Shown here piece by piece: positions 31,175-44,600 of a stretch of 64,000 nt of DNA (positions are counted from its first letter, which is position 1; each line of letters begins with the position of its first letter). The stretch comes from Acidobacteriota bacterium. GTDB lineage: Bacteria; Acidobacteriota; Polarisedimenticolia; J045. The translations under genes and the position numbers were made by a program. The notes under the pieces were generated by a model, which had not been told where the DNA came from, made no database searches, and saw only the letters and a list, made by a program, of their open reading frames with translations. The stretch is taken from the NCBI GenBank assembly GCA_003696075.1, contig RFHH01000119.1, positions 10,873-74,872 on the forward strand. The letters are read 5' to 3'.

Positions 31175-32008
31175 TCAGGCCAGCCCGCGCTGCGCCAGCT
31201 CTTCCTCGTCGTAGCCGAGATAGTGGCCGATCTCGTAGCTGAGCGTGAGCCGCAGCTCCCGGATCAGCGTCTCCTCGTCGTGGCAGAAACGTTCGAGGTT
31301 TCGTTTGTAGATGTAGATCGTATCGGGCCGCCGCGGCTTCGCCTTGCCCCGCCTTTCGGGCAGCGGAACTCCCACGTAAAGCCCGTACAGGCATGGATCG
31401 AGCGGCGGATCGAAGTCGAGCAGATCGGACTCCCGCGGCAGGTCGCGCACGACGAAGCGGAGCTGGTCGGCCTTGCGGCGGGCGTCGGGCGGCAAGTGCC
31501 GCCGCGTCTCCGCGAGCGCCTCCGCGAGCGCCCTGGCGAAGGTTCCGCCGCCGAACCGCGTCGGCATCGGATAGGCCTCGGGGTCGATCTCGTGCGCGCG
31601 CCGGAAGCACTCTTCGGCGGCCCGGTACTCGCCGCGCCGCTCGACGCACAGCGCCATCCAGTAGCAGGCCTGGGGGTCGTCCGGGTCGAGAGCGAGGGCG
31701 CGCCCGAGCACCGCCTCGGCTTCGCCGAACCGGCACATCTCGAAATAGCACAGGCCGAGATCCGCGAGCGCGGGCACGTCGTCGGGCTCCGCCTCGAGGT
31801 TCTGCTCGAGCAGCCGGGCGGCCTCCTCGAATTCCCCCTGCTCGATCAGGGCCGACGCCAGAACCTGGCGCGCCCGCGAGGACTCCGGCCGGAGCATGAG
31901 GGCGCGGCGGCCGAGAGCCTCCGCCTCGCCGAACTGTTCCGCGTCGAGCGCATCCTGCGCCCGGCGGATCAACTCCTCGTGCCGTCTGGCGGCCCGGGGC
32001 TGGCCCAT
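31175..32008 (-). CDS. TPR-repeat protein with C-terminal zincin-like (DUF1025/Zincin_1) domain carrying degenerate YEIGHY motif
   Basis: N-terminal 3-4 TPRs. C-terminus GLYVGVPLPERR…IYIYKRNL…LSYEIGHYLGYDEEEL aligns to the HEIGHHFGFSDD family motif, but both flanking His are Tyr. Confidence 0.65.
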   Translation of the reverse strand: MGQPRAARRHEELIRRAQDALDAEQFGEAEALGRRALMLRPESSRARQVLASALIEQGEFEEAARLLEQNLEAEPDDVPALADLGLCYFEMCRFGEAEAVLGRALALDPDDPQACYWMALCVERRGEYRAAEECFRRAHEIDPEAYPMPTRFGGGTFARALAEALAETRRHLPPDARRKADQLRFVVRDLPRESDLLDFDPPLDPCLYGLYVGVPLPERRGKAKPRRPDTIYIYKRNLERFCHDEETLIRELRLTLSYEIGHYLGYDEEELAQRGLA

Positions 32009-32210
32009 GGCGTCTCTCCCCCTCCCGGATCGGCTCCGGCCGACCCCGACCCCGCAGGAAGCCCCGGGCGGTCGCCCCGCGCCGGGCCGCGAGCGGGCCG
32101 GCCGACCCGGCTCTCCGGAACGCCCCTAAGATATCCGCTCCCGGCCGGTGCCGACCACAGCGGGGTGGCATCACGGGCGCCCCCGGCCGGGCGTGCGTAG
32201 AATCGGCGCC

Positions 32211-33224
32211 ATGCTTCCCGAACCCAGGTCCCTCGCCGCCTCGCTCCTGGCCTTGGCCGCGGCGCTCCCCGCTTTCGGCGCCGGGGAACCCCCGGCCGAG
32301 CAGCTGCCCGCTCCCGGCACCCCCCTGCCCCCGGTGGCCCGCGCCGAGACCAACTTCAAGATCGGGGAGCGCTACCTCGAGAGCCTCCCCGACGGAACGG
32401 TGGTGCGGGTCGAGCGGACCGACGGCACCCGGCTCGAATACCGCCTCGAGGAGGGGCGCTGGAAGACCGAACTTCCCCCGGCGCGGCTGGAGCAGGACGG
32501 CTCGCGATTCGTCTCCCCGCTCGGCTACTCCGTGGCGATCACCCGGGTCCGCAACCGGGAGCGGGTGCGAATCACCGCTCCCAGCGGCGCCTACACCGAC
32601 TTCTGGATCTCCGGCGACCGGCTGCTCGCCAGCGAGGGAGACGGCGGGCTGTGGTCTCTGTCCATCTCGCACGGAGGTGCGCTCCGGCTGCCGGACGCGA
32701 CGCGGATCGACCTTCTCCCGCGAAAGGCGCGCTGGGAGGCGATCACGCTCGCGGGCCGGCGGTTCGCGCTGGATCTGCGCAGCGGCCGCTGGAGCGAGCT
32801 ACCCGCCGTTCCGTCGGCGCCGCTGGTGCCCGACCTGAACGCGGCCTACGTGGCGGGGGACGGAGACGACTGGCGGAGGCCCGTCGCCGAGGAGCACGTC
32901 GCCTTCGCGTGGAACTGGTACCCCTACGGCCTGCCGGCTTCCCGGCTCGCCGCCGACCTCCGAGACCCGAAGAGGAAGCATGACCTGGACTTCTACTTCA
33001 ACGGACTGCGGGAAGCTCAGCCGGGGCCGGAGGCGGCGGCCTATCTCTTCGCCCGCCGCTTCTGTCTGGGCGGCGGCGACAAGCTGACTTTCGACGTTCC
33101 GGGCCGCGAGCCATACACCGCGATGCTCCTGCCGGGGCCCATCGAACCCGATTTCTTTCTTCTGAAAATCGAGCGGCCGAAGACGCTGCCGGCCCCGCGG
33201 AGCATCCCCCAGGGACGGCGGTGA
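32211..33224 (+). CDS. Secreted hypothetical protein
   Basis: Signal peptide MLPEPRSLAASLLALAAALPAFGAG. No recognisable catalytic motifs. The ORF begins at 32148, and ATG 32211 was chosen as the start. Confidence 0.5.
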   Translation: MLPEPRSLAASLLALAAALPAFGAGEPPAEQLPAPGTPLPPVARAETNFKIGERYLESLPDGTVVRVERTDGTRLEYRLEEGRWKTELPPARLEQDGSRFVSPLGYSVAITRVRNRERVRITAPSGAYTDFWISGDRLLASEGDGGLWSLSISHGGALRLPDATRIDLLPRKARWEAITLAGRRFALDLRSGRWSELPAVPSAPLVPDLNAAYVAGDGDDWRRPVAEEHVAFAWNWYPYGLPASRLAADLRDPKRKHDLDFYFNGLREAQPGPEAAAYLFARRFCLGGGDKLTFDVPGREPYTAMLLPGPIEPDFFLLKIERPKTLPAPRSIPQGRR

Positions 33225-33254
33225 CGCCGGCGCGGCCCGCGCGGAGGAAACCGG

Positions 33255-35375
33255 ATGAGGCGGATCGGGATCTTGGCGGTTCTCGTGTGGGTGGGCGCAT
33301 TCGGCCCCGCGACGGCGGCCGGGGCGGGCCTGACGCCCGAACAGGTGGCGCAGATCCGGGACGTCACCAGCGCCCGGATCTCGCCCGGCGGGGAGATCAT
33401 CGCCTTCACGCTCGCGCGGCCGCGGCAGCCGGGGAAGGACGAAGACGGGCCCGCCTGGGTCGAGCTGCACGTGGTCAGGACCGACGGTACGGGGGCGAGG
33501 ACCTTCGTGGGGGGCGATGTCTCCGTGTCGCACGTGCGCTTCAGCCCCGACGGCCGTCTCATCGCCTACCTGTCGAAGCGAGGGGACGACGAGCACACCG
33601 CGATCTGGGCGATCCCGGTCGACGGTGGAGAGTCCCGGAAGCTGGTCGAACACGAGACCGACATCACGAGCTTCGACTGGAGCCCCGACGGCACGCGAAT
33701 CGCGTTCGTCGCGTCAGAGCCGCTCCCGGAGGAGATCGAAGAACAGCGGGACAAGGGATTCAACCAGGAGATCTACGAGGAGGACTGGCAGCCGCGCCGG
33801 ATCTACCTGGCGCAGCTCGGGGACGGCGACGAGCCGGTGACCGAGGCGCGGAAGCTCGCTCTCGAGGGACAGCCCTGGCATGTCCGGTTCTCACCGGACG
33901 GTTCGAAGCTCCTCACCGATCTTTCACCGACTCCGCTGACCGACGATCGCTATATGTTCCGCCGGCTCGCCGTGGTCGACGCGGAGAGCGGGGAGGTCGT
34001 CGCGCGGATCGAGAATCCGGGGAAGCTGGGTCAGTTCGACTGGTCCCCGGACGGTAACACGATCGTGCTGGTCTCGGGGGTCGACATCAACGACCCGCGA
34101 GAGGGGCGGCTCATGGCCGTCGCCGCGTCGGGCGGAACGCCGCGGGACCTTCTCCCGGAGCTGCGCAATCGGGGTCACGTCGAAGCGTTTGCGTTCCGGG
34201 CCGACGGCGCGATTCTCTACCTCGCGAGCGTGGGCGTGGGCACCCGCGTCGGACTCGTGGGCCCCGGCTCCTCCGCGAACCGCATCCTCTACGAAGGGGA
34301 CGGCGCCAACGGACCGGTCCTGTACTCGATCCACGCCGACCGCGCCGGACGCACGGTCGTGGCCGTGGGCGACAGTCCCCGTCACCCCCGCGAGCTGTTC
34401 GTTCTGCCGCCGTCGGCGCCCGACCGGCCGCAGAGGCTGACCGACAGCAACCCGTGGCTCTCGGAAGTCGAGCTGGCGCCGCAGGAGATCGTCACCTACA
34501 CCGCCCGGGATGGCCTGGAACTCCAGGGGCTCCTGATCCACCCGCTCCGGCGCGAGGAAGGACGGACGGTTCCGCTGATCGTCGTGGCGCACGGAGGGCC
34601 CGAGTACCATTACCGAAACGGCTGGCTGACGCGCTACTCCTACCCGGGGCAGGTCGCCGCCGCCCGCGGCTACGCGGTTTTCTACCCGAACTACCGGGGA
34701 AGCACCGGCCGTGGTGTGGCCTTCGCGAAGGCCGACCAGGGAGACGGTGGGGGCAAGGAGTTCCTCGACGTCATCGACGGCATCGAGCACCTCGTCGCCC
34801 GCGGATTGGTCGACCGCGCCAAGGTCGGGATCACGGGAGGCTCGTACGGCGGTTACTTCACCGCGCTCGGCGCCACGAAGTTCAGCGACCATTTCGCGGC
34901 GGGGGTGATGTTCGTCGGGATCTCGGACCAGCTTTCCAAGTTCGGGACGTCGGACATCCCCCGCGAGATGGAACTCGTCCACTGGCTCGCCCATCCGTTC
35001 GACAATCTGGAGCTCTTCCTCGACCGGAGCCCCGTGATGCATGCGGCCAAGGCGCACACACCGCTGCTGATCCTGCACGGAAAGGAAGACCCGCGTGTCA
35101 ATCCCGGCCAGTCTCACGAGCTCTACCGGGCGTTGAAGCGCAAGGGAGACGTCCCTGTGCGGCTGGTGCTGTACCCCGGGGAGGGTCATGGCAATCGCAG
35201 GGCTGCGTCACGCTACGACTACAACCTGCGGATGCTGCGCTGGTTCGATCACTTCCTCAAGGGAGGCGGTCGGGAACTGCCCGACTGGCGGATCGAGTAT
35301 CCCCTCCTCGAAGAAGAAGAGGAGGGGGATGCGGAGGCGAAGGCCGCGGGGGCGGCGCCCGCCTCCGCTTCCTGA
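33255..35375 (+). CDS. S9 family peptidase (acylaminoacyl-peptidase/prolyl oligopeptidase type) with N-terminal beta-propeller
   Basis: Signal peptide. WD40/TolB-like repeats (FSPDG, WSPDG). C-terminal alpha/beta hydrolase GGSYGG nucleophile elbow. Confidence 0.9.
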   Translation: MRRIGILAVLVWVGAFGPATAAGAGLTPEQVAQIRDVTSARISPGGEIIAFTLARPRQPGKDEDGPAWVELHVVRTDGTGARTFVGGDVSVSHVRFSPDGRLIAYLSKRGDDEHTAIWAIPVDGGESRKLVEHETDITSFDWSPDGTRIAFVASEPLPEEIEEQRDKGFNQEIYEEDWQPRRIYLAQLGDGDEPVTEARKLALEGQPWHVRFSPDGSKLLTDLSPTPLTDDRYMFRRLAVVDAESGEVVARIENPGKLGQFDWSPDGNTIVLVSGVDINDPREGRLMAVAASGGTPRDLLPELRNRGHVEAFAFRADGAILYLASVGVGTRVGLVGPGSSANRILYEGDGANGPVLYSIHADRAGRTVVAVGDSPRHPRELFVLPPSAPDRPQRLTDSNPWLSEVELAPQEIVTYTARDGLELQGLLIHPLRREEGRTVPLIVVAHGGPEYHYRNGWLTRYSYPGQVAAARGYAVFYPNYRGSTGRGVAFAKADQGDGGGKEFLDVIDGIEHLVARGLVDRAKVGITGGSYGGYFTALGATKFSDHFAAGVMFVGISDQLSKFGTSDIPREMELVHWLAHPFDNLELFLDRSPVMHAAKAHTPLLILHGKEDPRVNPGQSHELYRALKRKGDVPVRLVLYPGEGHGNRRAASRYDYNLRMLRWFDHFLKGGGRELPDWRIEYPLLEEEEEGDAEAKAAGAAPASAS

Positions 35376-35387
35376 ACGGGGGACCCG

Positions 35388-38009
<2,622 letters not shown>

Positions 38010-38048
38010 CGTTCACCTCTCCGAGTCATCGGCCTATCGGCACCGGCC

Positions 38049-38999
38049 TCAAGATCGCTCGAGCCGGGCGAGCTTCTCGTACAGTTCGCGCTGCTCTCGC
38101 GTCGGGTGCTTCGGCACCACGAGGCGGACTCGCGCAAGCAGATCGCCGCGCCCGCCGTCCTTCCGGGGAAGACCGCGGCCGCGCACGCGCAACGTCGTCC
38201 CCGTCGAAGTCCCGGGCGCGACACGGACTCTCACCGGGCGCTCGGGGGTCGGCACCTCCACGTGGCCGCCGACCACCGCGAGGGGTGCCGGGACGTCGAC
38301 CTCGGTCACGAGGTCGTCACCTTCGATGCGGAACGCCGGATCCGGGCGCAGCCGGATCTTCAGGTACAGATCTCCGCGGGGCGAGCCGGGCTGTCCCCCG
38401 CCGCCCATCCCGGGCAGGCGCAGCTTCTGTCCCGGCCGCAGTCCCGGAGGCAGGTTCACCGTCACGGTCTTCCGCTCCACCTTCCCGCCGGCTCCGGGAA
38501 CGCCCACCGTGATCCTGCGCGGACCCGGATGGAGCAGGTCGGACAGTCCGAACTCCACCTCCGCTTCGACGTCCCGGCCGCGCGGCCGGTGCGTGCGGGT
38601 GCGGCCGAAACCGCCCAGCCCCAGGTCACCGAAGAGGGTCTCGAAGAAATCGGAAAAGCCGCTTCCCCCGGCGCCGCCTCCGGCGGACCCGAAGATGTCG
38701 CCGAGATCCCCCATGCCGCCGACGTGGACGCGGAATCCCTCGAAGCCGGGAGGCGGCTCGAACGGAGCGCCGTGCTTCCAATTGGCGCCGAGCCGGTCGT
38801 AGCGGGCCCGCTTCTCGGGATCGCTGAGAACCTCGTAGGCCTCGTTGAGGTCCCGGAACTGCTCCTCCGCCCGGGGGGACTTGTTGACGTCCGGGTGGAG
38901 TTCGCGCGCCTTCCGGCGATAGGCGCGCTTGATCTCCTCGGTCGACGCCTTCCGGTCGACGCCCAGGATGGCGTAGTAGTCCTTGTAGGTCACGCTCAC
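38049..38999 (-). CDS. DnaJ-class co-chaperone (CbpA-like; J domain + C-terminal substrate-binding domains, no Zn finger)
   Basis: KDYYAILGV…HPD J-domain, a Gly-rich linker, and DnaJ_C beta domains. The start is approximate (GTG near VSVTYKDYY). Confidence 0.8.
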   Translation of the reverse strand: MSVTYKDYYAILGVDRKASTEEIKRAYRRKARELHPDVNKSPRAEEQFRDLNEAYEVLSDPEKRARYDRLGANWKHGAPFEPPPGFEGFRVHVGGMGDLGDIFGSAGGGAGGSGFSDFFETLFGDLGLGGFGRTRTHRPRGRDVEAEVEFGLSDLLHPGPRRITVGVPGAGGKVERKTVTVNLPPGLRPGQKLRLPGMGGGGQPGSPRGDLYLKIRLRPDPAFRIEGDDLVTEVDVPAPLAVVGGHVEVPTPERPVRVRVAPGTSTGTTLRVRGRGLPRKDGGRGDLLARVRLVVPKHPTREQRELYEKLARLERS

Positions 39000-39630
39000 G
39001 ACGACGCCTCTCGATCGGTGGAGACCCGCCCGGGGCGGGCCGAGCGACCGCCGCGCCCCTTGTGGCATCGCGGGGCCCCCGGGTCAAGCGGCGCCGGCGC
39101 CCGGACGTTTCCGGGCAGCCGGCGCGAGTGCCCGAGAAATCGATGCGCCCGCAGGCGGCGCGGCCTCTTTCCGTTGGACGCGGGCGGCCTCCCGAAGCAG
39201 CGGCGGAGGGGGCTTTCGGCCGGCGGTCGGCTCGTCCGGCCCCCCGGCGGCCGGGCGTTCGTTCCGAGGTGCACCCGCGATGGTGCGTTTTCCTCTGCAA
39301 GTCGTTGTGGCTTGGGAGGTTCCGGCCGAACTCGCCGCTCGAGGAGTCAGGGCGCGCGGAAGCCACGGGTTTTCGCGGGACTGGGCGCCGGCGCGCACCG
39401 TCGCGGAAGCACCTTCCGCTCGCTGCGGCCCACCGGCGGGACGGGACGGAAGCGGAGGGCGGCGCCTCCGCCTTCGGCCCGCGGAGGGGGCGGTCGTCCC
39501 GCCCGCGCAGGATCCGGCCGGCCGATCCGCTGGGATCACCCCGGGAGACCGCCTTCCCGCTGGCGACCGCAACGAAGGCCGCCTTGCGCCGGCGGCCGTG
39601 CAGGATCACGCTTCGACGCCGGAGGAACCG

Positions 39631-40146
39631 ATGGGGCGCCCCCACCCGCGCCGGATGAACGAGCGGCAACTGCGGCGACTGCTGAACTTCTACCCGCCGT
39701 TCCTCTTCCAGAGGATCCGCGTCGTGGAGATCGGCCCGGGGTTCCGCCACGCGAAGGTCCGAGTCCGCAAGAGCCTGTTCAACCGCAACCACGCCGGAAC
39801 GATCTTCGGCGGTTCGATCTTCGCCGCCGCCGATCCGATCTACGCGGTGCTCTACTGGCAGGCCCTCGCGCGCGAGGGTCTCCGCGTGCACGTGTGGCTC
39901 AAGAGTGCCTCCATCCGCTACCTCAAGCCGGCCGCCTCCGACCTCACCTTGGAGTTCGCGCTGACGGACCGGGACCTCGCCGAGGCCCGCGACGCTCTCG
40001 CGTCCGAGGGGCGCTTCGCCCGGCGCTTCGCGGTCGAGGCCATCGACGCGGGCGGCGAGCCCTGCGCGCTGGTCGAGACCGAGGTCTACGTCGGGATGCC
40101 CGGGACCGGGGAGAGGTCCGGAGCCGCCGGAGCGGAGGCGGTGTGA
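39631..40146 (+). CDS. Hotdog-fold thioesterase-like protein (DUF4442/YiiD_C-like)
   Basis: 171 aa. FYPPFLFQRIRVVEI…HAGTIFGGSIFAAADPIYAVL resembles the YiiD C-terminal hotdog. The ATG at 39655 is an alternative start. Confidence 0.6.
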   Translation: MGRPHPRRMNERQLRRLLNFYPPFLFQRIRVVEIGPGFRHAKVRVRKSLFNRNHAGTIFGGSIFAAADPIYAVLYWQALAREGLRVHVWLKSASIRYLKPAASDLTLEFALTDRDLAEARDALASEGRFARRFAVEAIDAGGEPCALVETEVYVGMPGTGERSGAAGAEAV

Positions 40147-40246
40147 CCGGGGGCCCGTGCCCGTGGCCGGCGCGGCCCCGCCCGGACATACTTGCCGGGC
40201 CCGCCGCTCAGCCGCGGGAGAACCAGCCGAGCCGGGAGGCCCGCCG

Positions 40247-41515
40247 ATGAGCCGCAGCAAGGTCGCCGTCCTCCAGACCCGCCCCCGCACCGTCTTCGCC
40301 GACTACCACCGCCTGATGAACCTCGCGGGGTACCAGGACGTCATCGACCGCTCAGCCGACACGGCACTCAAGATCAACATCTCGTGGCACTTCTTCTATC
40401 CGGCCAGCTCCACCACGCCCTGGCAGCTCGAGGGCGTGATCCGCGCGATGAAGGCCGACGGGTACGATCCGGCGTTGATCCACGGATGCCACAACCGGAC
40501 GGTCGTGATCGACGCCCACCTCGGGGAGCGCGAGAACAAGCACCTCGCGGTGCTCCAGGCGCACGGCCTGAGGAACATCCATCTCTACGAGGGCGAGGAG
40601 TGGATCCACATCAGAGATGCGGTCGGGGAGCTCGCCGACCGGTTCCTGTGCCTGAACGACGTCTATCCCCGAGGCTTCCACATCCCGAAGCGGTTCATCG
40701 GCGAGAACATCATCCACCTGCCGACGGTCAAGACCCACGTGTTCACCACGACCACCGGGGCGATGAAGAACGCCTTCGGAGGGCTGCTGAACGAGCACCG
40801 ACACTGGACGCACCCGGTGATCCACGAAACGCTCGTCGACCTTCTCATGATCCAGAAGAAGATCCACCGGGGGGTCTTCGCGGTGATGGACGGTACGTTC
40901 GCCGGGGACGGACCCGGGCCGCGGTGCATGGTGCCGCACGTGAAGAACGTGATCCTGGCATCCGCCGACCAGGTCGCGATCGACGCGGTGGCGGCGCGGA
41001 TGATGGGGTTCGACCCCCTCTCGATCAAGTACATCCGTCTCGCGCACGATCTGGGACTCGGATGCGGCGATCCGCGGGAGATCGAGATCGCCGGCGACGA
41101 GAGGGCCGCGGCACAGAACTGGCGCTTCGACGGACCGTACAAGCGAATGACCTTCGCTTCCCGCATGCAGCACAAGATCTACTGGGGCCCGCTGAAGAAA
41201 CCGGTCGAGTGGTCGCTGAAGACGGTGCTCGCGCCGTGGGCGTACGTTGCGAGCGTTCTGTACCACGACAGCTTCTGGTATCCGCTGAAGGCGAAGCGGA
41301 TGATGCGGGCGGCGCTCGACAGCGAGTGGGGGCGGCTGTTCCGGAACTGGGAAAAGCTGAGCCCCGACGAACTCGGCTTTCCCGAGGTCGGTGACGAACC
41401 GGCGGAGCTGGAGAAGACGGGGCTGCGCGCTCTTCGCCAATCGCTCGGGATCCTCGCCACCTGTCTCCGGGAGGCCCCGGAGTTCGCCGCGCGACGGCGA
41501 GCCCGCGGGCGCTGA
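40247..41515 (+). CDS. DUF362 domain-containing protein
   Basis: MSRSKVAVLQTRP… The conserved DUF362 core is present throughout. The family call is from memory. Confidence 0.7.
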   Translation: MSRSKVAVLQTRPRTVFADYHRLMNLAGYQDVIDRSADTALKINISWHFFYPASSTTPWQLEGVIRAMKADGYDPALIHGCHNRTVVIDAHLGERENKHLAVLQAHGLRNIHLYEGEEWIHIRDAVGELADRFLCLNDVYPRGFHIPKRFIGENIIHLPTVKTHVFTTTTGAMKNAFGGLLNEHRHWTHPVIHETLVDLLMIQKKIHRGVFAVMDGTFAGDGPGPRCMVPHVKNVILASADQVAIDAVAARMMGFDPLSIKYIRLAHDLGLGCGDPREIEIAGDERAAAQNWRFDGPYKRMTFASRMQHKIYWGPLKKPVEWSLKTVLAPWAYVASVLYHDSFWYPLKAKRMMRAALDSEWGRLFRNWEKLSPDELGFPEVGDEPAELEKTGLRALRQSLGILATCLREAPEFAARRRARGR

Positions 41516-41678
41516 CGAGCGCCGCGCTCCGGCAATTCCCTCCGCGGCGGTGGGGATCCCTCTTTCCCCGCAGCCGGCACCGCGTTCGCACCGCCGCGGG
41601 GACACCCGGGGCCGGTTTGCAGCTTCGCGCGTCTTCGCGGTACCCTCCGGCGGCTCCCGAGCCGTCCGGAAGGCGCCG

Positions 41679-44600
41679 ATGACCCTCAAACTGCCCACCC
41701 TTCCGCGCCAGCTCTTGCCGGCCGCCCTGGCGTCGCTCATCGTCGTGCCGCCCGCTGCAGGCGGGCCGCCGGCGGCGCTCGTCAGGGACCTCCGGTCGCC
41801 AGAAACCGCGGGATCGGGCGTTTCCTCCTTCCCCCACGATCTCGTCCGCTTCGGCTCGATCGTTCTGTTCGCCGCCGAGGACCCGGCGCACGGTAGCGAG
41901 CTGTGGCGGACCGACGGCACGCCCGGCGGGACGGAGTTGGTTCTGGACATCCAGGCGGGAGCGGGAAGCGGCTCCCCGACGAACCTCACGGTCGCCGGCG
42001 GCGCCGTCTACTTCACCGCGGACGACGGAGTTCACGGTCGCGAACTGTGGGTCAGCGACGGCACCGCCGCGGGAACGCGGATGGTGGCCGACATCGCGCC
42101 GGGACTCGCGGGTTCGCGGCCCGAAGCGCTCTTCTCCGACGGCACGCGCCTCTTCTTCGCGGCCGACGACGGGCTCCACGGCCAGGAGCTGTTCGTGACC
42201 GACGGAACGGCGGGCGGGACCGTACTGCTGGCCGACATCGCGGCCGGTACGGAGACGTCCTTTCCGCGGCCGCTCGGAGCCGCCGGCGGTCTCCTCTACT
42301 TCGCCGCCACCGAGAGGTCCGCTGCCGGCGTTTCTCCCGCCGGCACGGGACGCGAACTGTGGGTGACCGACGGGACGCCGGAGGGCACGCGGCTCGTCAA
42401 GGACATCGATCCAGGGGAGGCCTCTTCCTCGCCGGCCGGTTTCGCCCTGGCGGGCGGGCTCGTCCTGTTCAGCGCGGACGACGGCACCCACGGCCGGGAG
42501 CCCTGGGTCACGGACGGGACCGAGGCGGGCACGCACCTCCTTCTCGACGTCAATCCGCCGCAGGAAGGCGACGAGGCGCGCGGTTCCGATCCGCGGGAGT
42601 TTTTCCCCTTCGCCGGGATCGTGCTCTTCTCGGCCTTCCGCGACGAAGACGGCCGCGAGCTGTGGCGAACCGACGGCACCGCCGCCGGGACCTTCCCGGT
42701 GGCCGACATCGCTCCCGGAACGGATTCCTCGTCGCCGTTCGGCTTCACCGCCGCGGGCGGGTTCGTCTACTTCTCCGCCGCGGACCCGAACCACGGGCGC
42801 GAGCTGTGGCGAACCGACGGCACGCCGGGGGGAACGGCGCTCGTCGCCGACGTCGGCCGCGGGGCGGGTGCCGCTCCGGGGGCTGCCGACCCGCTCGACG
42901 GCGATCCGGGACAGCTCACCCCGCTCGGCGATGGGATCCTCTTCGCCGCCACCGACGAGGCGCACGGGCGGGAGCCCTGGTTCGCCGACGGCGCCGGCGC
43001 CGTCCTCCTCGCCGACGTCCGGCCGGGCGCGGCCGGGAGCGATCCCGTCGTGCTCGCCGCGGCCGGGAGTGCCGTCTATTTCGCCGCCGGGGAAGGTGGG
43101 GATGGCCGGACGCTGTGGCGCTCCGACGGCACGCCCGCAGGCACGGGCCCGGTCCCGACCCCCTTTCCGCCGCCCCTCGGGCCCGATACCGCGGTGGCCC
43201 TCGGCGAGCTGTTGATCTTCGTCGCCGACGACGGTGTCTCCGGGCGGGAGCCATGGGTGTTCGATCCGGCGGCCCCTCAGTCCGAGCGGTTGGCCGACAT
43301 CGCCGGAGAGGACGGTTCCCTCCCGATCCCTCTTCTGTTCACCGAGGTGGTGCGCACGGGCGAGACCGAGCCGGTCGAGCAGCTGTTCTTCTCCGCCGAC
43401 GACGGGCTCCACGGCCGCGAGCTATGGGCCACCTTCGGCACCCCGTCCGGGACGTCGCTGTTCGCGGACATCGATCCCGGCGCGCCGCCCTCGACGCCCG
43501 CGGACCTCACCCTGTTCACCGCCGACGGGGGGGACCGGATCGTGCTCCGGGCTCACTCGGAGGCGCTGGGCGAGGAACCGTACGCCGTGGTCCTCGCGAC
43601 CCAGGTTCTCGTCCCGCTGGGCGATCTCCGGCCGATCAGCGGCCTCGGCTCGAAACCGCGCGAGTTCACCCCCTCGGGCGGCTCGATCTTCTTCAGCGCG
43701 GACGACGGCATCCACGGCCGGGAACTGTGGCGGAGCGACGGGACGGCGGACGGAACCGCGCTGGTGGCCGACATCGGGCGTGACGGCACCGGGAGCGATC
43801 CCGATCCCCATGGCTCCGATCCGGCGGACCTGACGAGCGCCGCCGGACTCCTGTTCTTCGCTGCAGAGGATCCGGGCGCTGGCCGCGAGCTCTGGATCAC
43901 CGACGGCACGGAGGCGGGAACGCGGAGGGTGAAGGACATCGAACCGGGTCCCGGCTCCTCCTCGCCGCACGACCTCACCGCGCTGGGGAATCTCGTCCTG
44001 TTCGCCGCGAGCACGACGGACGCGGGCGAGGAGCTCTGGGCGAGCGACGGGACGGAGGCCGGAACGGCGCGACTGGCGGACATCGCTCCCGGCGCGGCGG
44101 GCTCCTCCCCGAGGATCCTGCTGACGGCAGGGAATCACGCCTATTTCAGCGCCGACGACGGGACGCACGGGCGCGAGCTCTATGTCACCGACGGAACGAG
44201 CACCGGAACCGTCTTCCTCGGCGATCTCGAGCCCGGCACCGGCGGCTCCGACCCGGCGGGGCTGTTCGACCTCTCCCGCGACGGCACCGAGCGCGTCCTC
44301 TTCACCGCCTGGACGTCCGCGGAGGGTCGCGAGCTGTGGGCGACCGACGGGACCCCGGCCGGTACGTCGCTCCTCGCCGACATCGCAGCGGGGCCGGCCT
44401 CCTCCGATCCGGCCGGGATGACGCTCCTGGACGCCTCGGCGCTGTTCAGCGCGGACGACGGCCTGCACGGCCGCGAGCCGTGGGTCACCGACGGGACCGC
44501 CGCGGGAACCTCCCTCGTCGCGGACATCTCCCCCGGGGCGGCGTCGTCCATGGCCGCCGGGGCGGCGTCCTTCGCCGCCGCGGGCGGGCGAGCCTTCTTC

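Noticed and set aside
39062-39658. ORF 39062..39658 (198 aa) in the long gap upstream of the dnaJ-like gene.
   Set aside because: Arg/Pro-rich composition, no motifs, and no Shine-Dalgarno sequence. It is treated as non-coding.
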